Assembly (NCBI GenBank): GCA_002778465.1
Contig: PFBV01000005.1
Coordinates: 7,534-71,533 of the forward strand
Length of the DNA stretch: 64,000 nt
Reading direction: 5' to 3'
Source of the DNA: Candidatus Magasanikbacteria bacterium CG10_big_fil_rev_8_21_14_0_10_36_32
GTDB lineage: Bacteria; Patescibacteriota; Patescibacteriia; Magasanikbacterales; GWA2-37-8
Shown here: positions 1 to 10,900 of the stretch, one piece after another
Layout of the letters: every line of letters begins with the position of its first letter
Position numbering within the stretch: the stretch's first letter is position 1
Made by a program: the position numbers and the translations under genes
Notes under the pieces: model-generated
What the model was told of the DNA's origin: nothing
Database searches by the model: none
What the model saw: only the letters and a program-made list of their open reading frames with translations

Positions 1-1956
1 GAACCGTTGGGTTTGCCGGCGACAGATATTCGTTTGATAATCGCTCGTATTATTCGTGTAGCTTTGAGTTTAATTGGAATTGTGGTTTTGGTAATAATTA
101 TTTATGGCGGTTATCTTTGGATGACAGCCGGCGGCAATGAAGACCAAATCGGCAAAGCTAAAAAAGTTTTGTTTAATGCTGTAATCGGGTTAGTTATTAT
201 TTTAAGCGCTTACGCTATTGTTTCGTTTATAATGAATATGCTTGGAGTCGGTTCAGGCGGTCCGGGAGGGGGAGGAACTTTGTCTCCGCCGGGTACGCAA
301 AATTTTCAAGGCAGTGGAGCATTGGGACAGGTAATTAAAGATCATTATCCGGCTCGCAATCAAAAAGGCGTGCCACGCAATACAAAAATTGCTATTACTT
401 TTTTTAAACCGATTAAAATTAATGATACAGCTTTAGTTATTGATAAAAACGGAAACGGTATAGCAGGTGATTGTGTAATACCGACTGTTGGAACAATGGA
501 TTGGGCCACCGATTGTGACGCTTTAAATACATCCAGTATAAAAATTGAAAGAGTGAATACTGTGATTGATATAATTACCTCGTCAACTCAGGAAGTTTTT
601 GTGCCAATCAGCGGCGCGGCAATTTTAGCTAGTTATGTTTCGTCAACTGAGTTTGATCATCAGATAGTTTATACATTAGTTCTTCGTCCTTATGATTATT
701 TGGGTGAAGAAACAGAAGACGTTCAGTATAGAGTTTATTTGACCAATAATATCAAAATAGACGATTCACAAAATAATTATCCGGCATTGTTCGCCAGCAG
801 CCCGACTAAATATTATTCATGGTATTTTACTTGTAGTACTTTGTTAGATTTATCCCCACCGCATGTTATTGATGTTTATCCGCGTAACGGTTACAAAGAA
901 GTGAAAAATACTGTTATTCAAGTTGTTTTTGATGAAGCGGTTGATCCTATGGGGGTGCAAGGCGGTTTTGATGAAACTGCCGATGAAAATCTTTTTGTTT
1001 TACAAAATAGCGGCTATATTTTTTTAACCAGTAATTATAGTGTTAAGCCTGAAGGAAATTTTGATTTATTAAACAGTTATACCACTTTGGAATTTTCTTC
1101 CAATGTCGCTTGCGGAAAAAATGCTTGCGGTAATAATATTTATTGTTTGCCGGTCTGCGATAAATCGGGTGTTGTTTGTGGTGATCCAAAAACAGATAAT
1201 TATAAGGTATTGTTGCGTGCCGCTTGGACAAACAGTAGTAGTACTTTTGAAGCAATTCCTTTTTCAGGAATTTCTGATATGGCCGGCAATGCTTTAGATG
1301 GAAATAATGATAAGGTAATTCAAAAAGCGCCTCGAACTGAACCGGTGTTTGACAGTCAAAAAGTTCCTGATAACTATTATTGGGGATTTATGTTGGAGGA
1401 TAAACTGGATTTAACTCCGCCGATTATCAACCAAACTTTACCGGGACCGGAAGCAACTTGGGTGGAACCGGAAAAAGAATGGACAATGTTGTTTGATAAG
1501 CGAATGCGTGTCGGTTCATTGTATTCAATTAGTATCCAGGAATCTCCGACACCGGCTGAACGTTGCAATCTCTTAGGTCTTTCCGGAGCCGCTTGTATTT
1601 TAGATTCTCTTTGGCGAGTGCCAAATGTTGTGTTTAACGAAGATGATTCTACCTTAACAATTATGGATCACGGTCCATTCCTTGATGGATTAGCACAAAT
1701 TTATGTGCCTTACATCAATTCACGAGTGGAAGATGCGCATTTTAATTGTCTATATCCCGGACAAGGACCTGAACATAATGTTATTGAAGGTGGGACGACT
1801 GATGATAATACCGATTATTCTAGTATTTGCGATGGAACAAATAATTGTTGTATTAAACCTGAAAACGAAACTGAAGATTTTTGTTGCAACGGAATTGAAG
1901 TCGGTTTACATGAAACCGCCAGTTCGTCTTGTTATGCTGGTTTAAAATATCCATAA
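1..1956 (+). CDS. Large surface/secreted protein, 5'-partial, open to the window edge. It has an N-terminal TrbC/VirB2 pilin-like two-helix membrane domain and a Cys-rich C-terminal half.
   Basis: The ORF is open from nt 1; the tool starts it at a TTG at nt 7. Residues GLPATDIRLIIARIIRVAL...YGGYLWMTAGGNEDQIGKAKKVLFNAVIGLVIILSAYAIVSF are near-identical to residues ~45-125 of the downstream giant protein. The architecture is hydrophobic helix, then a short Gly/Lys loop, then a second hydrophobic helix, as in VirB2/TrbC pilins. Cys-rich segments occur later (ACGKNACGNNIYCLPVCDKSGVVCGD; CDGTNNCCIKPENETEDFCCNG). Confidence 0.6.
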   Translation, partial: EPLGLPATDIRLIIARIIRVALSLIGIVVLVIIIYGGYLWMTAGGNEDQIGKAKKVLFNAVIGLVIILSAYAIVSFIMNMLGVGSGGPGGGGTLSPPGTQNFQGSGALGQVIKDHYPARNQKGVPRNTKIAITFFKPIKINDTALVIDKNGNGIAGDCVIPTVGTMDWATDCDALNTSSIKIERVNTVIDIITSSTQEVFVPISGAAILASYVSSTEFDHQIVYTLVLRPYDYLGEETEDVQYRVYLTNNIKIDDSQNNYPALFASSPTKYYSWYFTCSTLLDLSPPHVIDVYPRNGYKEVKNTVIQVVFDEAVDPMGVQGGFDETADENLFVLQNSGYIFLTSNYSVKPEGNFDLLNSYTTLEFSSNVACGKNACGNNIYCLPVCDKSGVVCGDPKTDNYKVLLRAAWTNSSSTFEAIPFSGISDMAGNALDGNNDKVIQKAPRTEPVFDSQKVPDNYYWGFMLEDKLDLTPPIINQTLPGPEATWVEPEKEWTMLFDKRMRVGSLYSISIQESPTPAERCNLLGLSGAACILDSLWRVPNVVFNEDDSTLTIMDHGPFLDGLAQIYVPYINSRVEDAHFNCLYPGQGPEHNVIEGGTTDDNTDYSSICDGTNNCCIKPENETEDFCCNGIEVGLHETASSSCYAGLKYP

Positions 1957-1994
1957 AAAATAAAATAAAATAAAATTATAAATTTTTTAATCAC

Positions 1995-4900
1995 ATGCTT
2001 TCGTCAGATAAAAGAAAATTTTTTTGGAGTTTATTACTGACTGTCATTTGCGGCGGGCTGTGGTTAGGTGTAGGTTTTACCTTGGCACAAACGACGCCGG
2101 ATTTAGGATTGGCGCAAGTTGGTGAAGGAATAGGATTGCCCGCAACAGATATTCGTTTGATTGTTGCCAGAATTATTCGGGCGGCTTTGGGTTTATTAGG
2201 AATAGTGGCTTTAGGTTTGACACTTTATGCCGGATTTACATGGATGACGGCCGGTGGCAATGAAGATAAAATTGCTACTGCTAAAAAAATTCTTTTTAAT
2301 GCCGCCATCGGTTTGGTAATAATTTTATCAGCTTTTGCCATTGTCAGTTTTGTTATCAGTAATTTAATATCAGCTACAACCGGATTGCCGGCTCATTGTT
2401 CAAACGGAGTGATTGATGCGGGTGAAGAGGGAGTGGATTGTGGCGGCGAATGTCCGGCTTGTGGTGGAGGAACAACTCCTTATGGTCCGAGCAATGTATT
2501 TTATGTCAAACAAAAACCGAGCGGATTTACTTGTATAAGAAATTATTATCCGTTAGTAGTATTTAATCATCCGGTTAATTTATCCACTTTGGAAAATAAT
2601 TTAATTGTCCGCCGGCAAGATAATCAAGAACAAGCCGTCGGTACTTGGCAATTTGCTTCTGAGACAATTCAGAACATAGTTAAATTTGTTCCGGAAGGGG
2701 ATTGTGGAAGTCCACCCAATGATTGTTTAGAGGCCAGTACTCTTTATGAATTATATTTTGCCAATGCTAGCGCCATTAAAAGTCAAACTAATTTAACATT
2801 AAATTGCAGTTTAGATGCAACTTGCGCAACATCTGAGTTTACCACAGGCGAAAGTGTTGATCGTCAGCCACCAACAGTAATAATTAGCAGTCCGGCTGAT
2901 AGTTCAAATTTAGAAAAAGGAACCACGGTGCCGGTTAATGTATCTTATTGGGATGATAATGGCATACAAAATATTTCTTTATTTGATAATGAATATTATG
3001 TTGATAGTGTTCAAGTGTCAAATTGTGAGACAACCGGTTCAGTAACTATAAATTGGCCGACAGCGTCAGCTGTCATGACAACACACACTTTGGAAACGAT
3101 TGGTTTTGATTGGTCGGCAGCCACTGGTACGGATAGTGTGGTTGTTTATTTAAGACCAAGTCATTGTTTTAATAATATTCAAGATGTCAGTCTTGGTGAA
3201 ATCGGAATTGATTGTGGCGGTGAATGCGGTTTATGTGGAGGCTCTGCTTGTTCAAGTGACGGAGAATGTGCCAGCGGATATTGTGAAATTCCACCTGGAG
3301 TTTGTGTTAATAAAATGATAATTACCAATATTGATCCGATGGCTGGTGCTACCGGCACTACTTATGTAACAATTTCCGGCAGATATTTTGGTGAAAACGG
3401 AGGACATGTTTATTTTACAAAAATTGGCGGCGGTTGGGCTGAGGCGCCAATTGTCAGTTGTGGTTCAGGTATAGATAATTGGACACAGTCACAATTAATT
3501 GTTTCTGTACCAAATAATGCGGCTGACGGCGCAATTAAAGTTGAAACCGCCACCACTCCTTTGCATGACAGTTTTGTAGATGTGACAGATGGAAGCGATA
3601 ATTGGGGAGGGATATATTATTTTGATGTTAATAATCAACAGCGTCCAGGATTATGTAATTTACAACCAAAATCCGGCGCTCCATATACAACTAATGTTAC
3701 TTTAACAGGTATTAATTTTGGCGGAACGGAAAATAGGGTTGTATTTGGAGCAGGTACCGGTGCATTTAACGCTTTAATTAAAAATTGGTCAAATGCCCTT
3801 ATTAACGCTAAAGTTCCGGGGATGGCTCCGGGAACAGTTGGAGTTAAAGTGATAGCAATGCAAGGAGGAGGAGAAGAAGTGTCAAGTAATGGTATGGCTT
3901 TTACCGTCACTGAAGATATTAATTTAGACACTCCGATTATTTTTGAAATCACTCCTAACAAAGGAGCTAAGGGACAGTATATTACAATTATCGGGAAAAA
4001 TTTTGGTAGCAATAAAGGAAAAGTTTATTTTAAATTAAATGGTGATCAAAGTGGAATTTTGGGAGATTTTAATTTTCCAGATGAATGTGGTAGTAATTTT
4101 TGGACAGACACTAAAATAATAGTTAAATTTCCGCAAGCGGCGATTGAAATACCTGGTGAATATTCAGTTCAAGTTCAACGTTCAACAGATAATGCTTTGA
4201 GTCCAATCGGTGCTTATTTTCAAGCTCAGACTGGCAGTCCCGGTCCGGGAATTTGTAAAATTGATCCTGTTTCCGGTCCTGTGCCATTTGCTGAAGGAAA
4301 ATATATGGAGTTGATCGGTGAACATTTAATTGGCGCGCAACCCTATTTTTGGCGCGCGATTGCTTCTTCTTCAACTATTGAGGGTCGTTTGCCTGCCAGT
4401 GTAGAAACTTGGTCTGAAAATAATATTTTTGCGCTCCCGCCGGCTATGGCATTATCCGGTCCGGTGGTAGTTTACCGAGCCAGTGACAGTAAGATGAGTA
4501 ATTCCATTAACTTTACTGTTTTTAATTGTTTAGAAAATAATAATACCTGTACTCAAGCTGAAAATAAATGTTGTTTACAGGGTACGGATGCCGGAATGTG
4601 CATTCCAAAAAATGAAATGTGTGACGGTGAAACTCGTTCTACCGGTTATATGTGGCGTTTTGGCACTCGTGATCTTCCTGTAGTCCCGCGTGTTATTGAA
4701 CGTTGCAATAGTGATACGGAGTTAGCTTTAAATATTCCTTCTCCTTCGCCGAGTACCATTTGGAACACAGGTGGAGTGACTGATCATGTCAATGTTTGCC
4801 GAACCGCATTGGTAACAGTTGTTTTTAATACCGCTATCAATCCGACTACTGTTGATTTAAATAATGTTCAAATTTTTAAATGTGTCAGTAGTACCATTAA

Positions 4901-7900
4901 TAAAAATATCTGTACACATGATGGAGGATCAATTAGTTTGAATCCGGAAAGTTACGTTTTACATAATGATACCAGTGAATTATCCGATGATTTTTATTTA
5001 ACGATTAAACCGGATACTGTTGGAGGAGCGTGGTCTGACGAAACGTGGTATCAAGTTATTTTGAAATCAGATATCAGAGCGGAAGCTGTGGCGGCCGGAT
5101 CTTTAATGGCTACTCGTCCGTGCGGTTCCGGAACATCTTATTGTTTTATTTTTAAAACAGATTCAACAGATTGCCGTTTGAAAGAAGTGGTGGTCACGCC
5201 GTTAGATTATTGGACAGGTGTATTGGAACGTCCGATACAATATCGAAAAGTTAAGGATAATGCCGATGATCCGGGAGTGGAATTTTGGTATCGCGGTAAT
5301 GGTTTATCTGAACAGAAATGTGTTTGGATGAATATGGATAGTTATAGTTGGAATTGGGGAGTAAGCAGTGAAAATTATGCCAGTATTTATTTTGCCAATC
5401 AAAATCAAGCCCAAGTGTCTGCTTTGGCTAATACTGTGGCCGTCGGTTTAGCTGATGATGCGGTGCGAGTTAGAGCGACTGCGAGCAAAGGAGCGTTTAC
5501 TGTTCCGCCACCGCCTTCAATTGATATTTCTGATGGTTTAGTCGGTTGGTGGAATTTTGATGATGATGGTGCAAAAGTTGTAGATAATAGTGGAAACTAT
5601 CATGATGGAACTCCGCAAAGTGGCGTAACTTATATATCACCAGGAAAAATAGGTACAGCGCTTAATTTAAATGGTTCTGCCGCAGTGATATTAGACAATC
5701 CAACAGTTGGTTTTCCAAGTGGTATGGATTCTCGTACAATTTGCGCTTGGGGCAGACCAACTGATACGGCGGGGGGATGGCGTTGGGTGTTTGCTTATGG
5801 AGATGGGGTGGAAGGAAGAGCAATGTTTATTGGTCAAAATGGGACATCACTAGACGGCGGCGCTTATGGCGCTGATTATGATATTATTGTTAATAATTTT
5901 TGGCAGCCAGGTGTTTGGCATCATGTTTGTTTAACTTATGACGGTGATGCGCAGGTGGCCAATCTTTATACCGATGGCGCTTGGAATACCAGTATGACTT
6001 TGGAATGGAAATTAAAACTGAATAGAGCTTATATTGGCGCGCAAGTACATGTTTCTCCAAATGAATTTTGGAAAGGCGCGATTGATGATGTCAGAATATA
6101 TGATAAAGCATTATCTGCAGGGGAGGTGGCGGCTGTATACAATAATTTAAGCGCGGCTCCAACACCCACAGTCACTTCACCGGAAAGCAAAACAGGTGAA
6201 GGTTTGTTGCATATTGATTTATCACAACCGAAAGTTCTTGATTATTGGCCAAAATGTTTGTCTGCTTGCACCAATGCTGAAATCGGCGCGAAGTTTAATA
6301 CTATCATGGCTAATTATAATTTAAGCGCGGTAAAATTATATAAATGTTCAGATGAAAATTGTCTCAGTAAAGAAGATATTACAAGTGGAATTAATCCATT
6401 GTTTAAATTAAGCGACCGCCGATATTTGGAAATGCCTTTAATAAGCGGGGAGTTGGAAAAAAATACTATTTATCAGATTGTTTTGTCAGCCAGTGGAACC
6501 AGTACATCAGACGGGGTGAATCAGTTGTGGTCCGGCGCCAGCACAACCAATGATGTAATTTTAAGTAAACCATATCAACAAGAGTTTACTTGGCGGTTTC
6601 GAACCAAACAGGAAAAATGTCAGCCGAGCAAAGTCAATATTTTACCGCCATCATATGTGGCCAGTTATATCAAAGAGAAAGCTGTTTATACAGCGGAAGC
6701 TTTCACTTCCCCTGATGATTGTAATCCAAATGGACAACGTTTAAATCCTTGGTTGTTAAATTGGAATTGGACAAATTCAAGTAATGCTGTTGCCACTATC
6801 CAAACTTTTGTTACTAAGGGACACAATAATTTATGTACGGCAAAATGTTTGAAAAAAGGAAGTGATATTTTGTTTGGATCGTCGGTTATTGAACCGATTT
6901 GTGGCAATGGAATTGTGGAAGCTGGCGAAGATTGTGATGTACCTGAAAAAATTACAGGAGTTTCCGCTTGTGGTTTGAATTGTTTATATTTAGGTAATAC
7001 TTCTTCTACTTGTGGTAATGGCATAATAGAAACAAATTTAGGAGAAGAGTGTGATTTGGCGGTTTCTCAAGGTTGCAGTTCCAATTGTTTAAATATGGGT
7101 TCTAACCAGTACACCGGAGCTGAGGAAATCGGTGCGTCAATATGTGGCAATAACCAAATTGGTTTTGGTGAAGATTGTGATATTGGAGTGAAGGGGGATA
7201 GATTAGTAGTAACATCATCATTATATTGTTCGGAAAAGTGTCTTCATTTGGGAACGCCTTTGTCGGCAAAATGGTGTTATGATAATGTTGCTACTTATGG
7301 TGGGTTTAGTTTGTCGGAATTTACAACTGCTTGCCAAAAAGCCATTAGCCAATGTGGTGATGGTGTAGTAAGTCCAAATGAAGAGTGTGATGCGGGTATT
7401 TATGCTTCGTCTACTTGTTCAACAAATTGTTTATTATTATCCAATTGTACGGTGGGTATGGAAGGTTGTACAACTGAAGGTCAGTTGGCTGGTTCTTCAC
7501 TCATGTATTCCGTCCCGTCAGTTTGCGGTGACGCAATTCAAGGAATCGGTGAAGCAATTGGTTGTGAACAAGGTTTTGTAATTTCACATACTTTTAATAA
7601 CCCTTGGGTTTTAGCAACCGGAGTTGGCGATGGACCTACTATCGGTTTGCCTCCAACTCAACAGACGACCATTACCGGTCAAGCTACTGCTTTCAGTGTT
7701 AGCGGTGAAGGAAAATTTATCATACCTTGCGGTTATCACAGTGATTCAGAATGTAATGCCGGTGATGCCAGTGGCAGTTTGGGGGTGGCTCAAAATACCT
7801 GTTGCTATTCACGTCCGCAAATAATTAAAACTTATCCGGTTATGTCCCCATTGCCAGTTAATGTTTGTCCGAATACTTATATTGAAATTAAATTTAATAA

Positions 7901-10900
7901 AAAAATTGACCCGTCTACTTTATATGGTAATTTAATTTTGGCTCAGGGTCGAACCGCTGCTTCTTGTTTATCTGGTGAAGAAAATGTGACCGGTAATATT
8001 ATTACTACAATAGTCTCGGCTAATTCTGATATTTGGTACAAGAAAGTATGGAAGCAGATTGTTTGGTTTGTGAAAAATTTATTTCAATCAAATACCGCTT
8101 CAGCTTTTAAAACAGATTTAAATTCGGTTTCTTGGTGCGCCGGCAAAGAATCTATAACTACTGAAGTTGTTTATGATCCGTCTGTTTCTTCAGATTCTAA
8201 CGATGTTACTTCCACTGTTAAAATAATTTTAAAGAAAGCTTTGGCGACCAGTACTGATTATGCTGTAATTTTGCGTCCAGGTATTAAAGATTCACGCGGT
8301 GTCAGTATTGGTGTATTGTCCGGAGACATAAATCGCAATTGGAAATTTATTACAGGAGAACAAATTTGTGAATTAACAGATTTATCAATTAATCCGGCGA
8401 CTCATTTATTCCAAAAAGCCGGCAACTCCATTAATTTGGAAGTAGTATCTAAAACCGGTAACGGTCAGCAAATTCAACCGATAAACGGTTATCGTTGGGA
8501 ATATGTATGGGAACCAAAAATTAATGACTATGTAACCCTGACTGTTACTACCAGCACGCCTAATGTAATTACTTCAAAAAATAGGAATGGTGAAATTGAT
8601 GTGGTGGCTGAAAGTAAATTTACTGAAAATATATTTACCGCAACATCTCCGACTTTGCGCGGCAGTTCACATATAACAATATTTTTATGTGAAAATCCTT
8701 GGCCGTCAGTTGCTGATTTGCCGTGGCATGATACGGCGTGGGATTTTTCAACTTATTATTGTCGTGATAGTGGCAGCGTGGGCACGGCTGATGATTTGCC
8801 AAATCTCTCGGCTTCTGTTGAAGATAGTCTGACCGCTCCATACAGACGAAGATATCTGATGACTGATAAAGATTTTACCGATGCCATTGGCATTATGATA
8901 TTCCCAAATCCGGAACATTTAACTGTTCAAGATTGGTATAAAATGAAAAATTTTAAAGGCACATTTACTTCATTAAATATAGATGGTTACTCAGCTATTA
9001 CAGATGGAAATAATTATTATGTTGATGCACTCAATTTAAGTTCATCCGAAAATATTTATACTAATATTTATTTATTTAGTATTAATAGTAATGCTGAACA
9101 GAATATGCGGCGTGTTTTTGAACAGATGATTACTAATTTAAAATTTAATAATGATTTTTTAAATGAAAAATATTGTGGTTCAGATTTTGTAGACGAATCA
9201 GTTAATTATAGTATGCCGTGTCAAAATGATTTGGATTGCTGGACGCAAGTTGATTTGTATAATCAAACCAATCCTTTAACGCCGAGTACTGATTATTTAT
9301 GTTTGAATCAAAAAGATAAAATTCAGAGAAATTATCAGCGTTTGAAAGATGTGAGAACAATAATTGATGTTTTGTCTAATTATAATCAAAATCAACAGAT
9401 TATTAATTCATCAACTCTTGGATTTTATCCATTGATGAAAGATAATACTTATTTAAGCGGACAAGCTTTGAGTGTTTGGCCGGCTGCTTGGACAGGTTTA
9501 GGCAGTGCGCTTGGAGCGTCTATGCCGTCAGATCCGATTAATAAATTAGCTAAAGCTGGCACTTGTTTCCAAAAAAATATTTCAAGCCAATTTACCGCTT
9601 GTACAAAAGATGAAAATTGCGCGGTTCCAGTGACCGATGGAATTGTTAGTCAATGGTTGTCAGATCAAAATCCGACAGACCAGAAAGGTATTAGTGATGC
9701 GCAGCTGGAAGGAGATGTGTCTTATTCAGCCGGAAAAGGACATGGCGATGCTTTTGATATTGCCGGCGATTCAGTCAGTAAATTAATTATTCCTCACAAG
9801 GATAATTATAATACAGAATCATTTACTTTATCTACTTGGATTTATCCACGCAAGAAAAATACCGCTGTTTTATTCCAAAAAGGTGGTTTAAGCAACGGTG
9901 GAGCAAGTTTGGGAGGTTGGGGATTGGAATATAGCGATTGGAGTTACTATGGAGATAGTTTGAGTAGTAAAGTGTTTAATAATGGAACGGTGCGATTTGC
10001 AATTTATCCTTCAGATAGCAGTGATTATAAATATGTGGCTGCTGATTCCGGAGTGCCGTTGGCGCTTAATCAGTGGCATCATTTGGCGGCTGTTTATGAT
10101 AGTACTGATATGACAAATAGAAAGGTTCGTTTATATATTGATGGTTTACCGGCCAGCGCGATAGAACCGGATGGTTGGATTATGAAAGCAGAAAACAAAG
10201 CGGGAGTGATAAGTGTGGTGAATAATGCGGATTTATCAAATAATGGTTTAAATATTGAAGTTGGTCAGAATTTTAATGGTTTGATTGATAATACGATATT
10301 TTACAATAAAGCATTGAATTTGGATGAAGTTAATAATTTATACAGAGGAGTTTGTATTATTCATGACAGTTTAACCGGTTGGAGTGTTGAAGACAGAAGA
10401 TTCAGTTTTTCTTGTAATCCGTTATCTTATGCTTACCGTTATATTTATGATACTGTTAATCGCGATTTTGATTTAAGACTAAATATAGAAGAAGATGGAA
10501 TTAATCCGGCTAATTGGCCTATATTCATTTCAGAGTTTGGTATTGATTCCGGTTCGCAAGTGTCAATGGATAGTGTTTGTCAGGCGGATGACGAAGTAGC
10601 TTCGCCGTACAGTTTAGTTTGTGGTGATGGAGTTTTGGGAGGAACGGAAGTTTGTGATCCACCGGGAAAAGTAAATTATGATACCAGTTTATGTCCTGTT
10701 TCAGCTACTAAAAAAATATGCAATAGTTCATGTCAGTGGGGATTGGCTACTACGATTACTTGCGCAGCAGCCACTGGGGCGCAATGTGGTGACGGTAAAA
10801 TTCAAGCCGTAACAGGTGAAGTTTGTGATGACGGTTTATTAAACGGCACTAATGAAAGGTGTAACACAACTTGTACAGGGATAGTTCATAATTGTGGTGA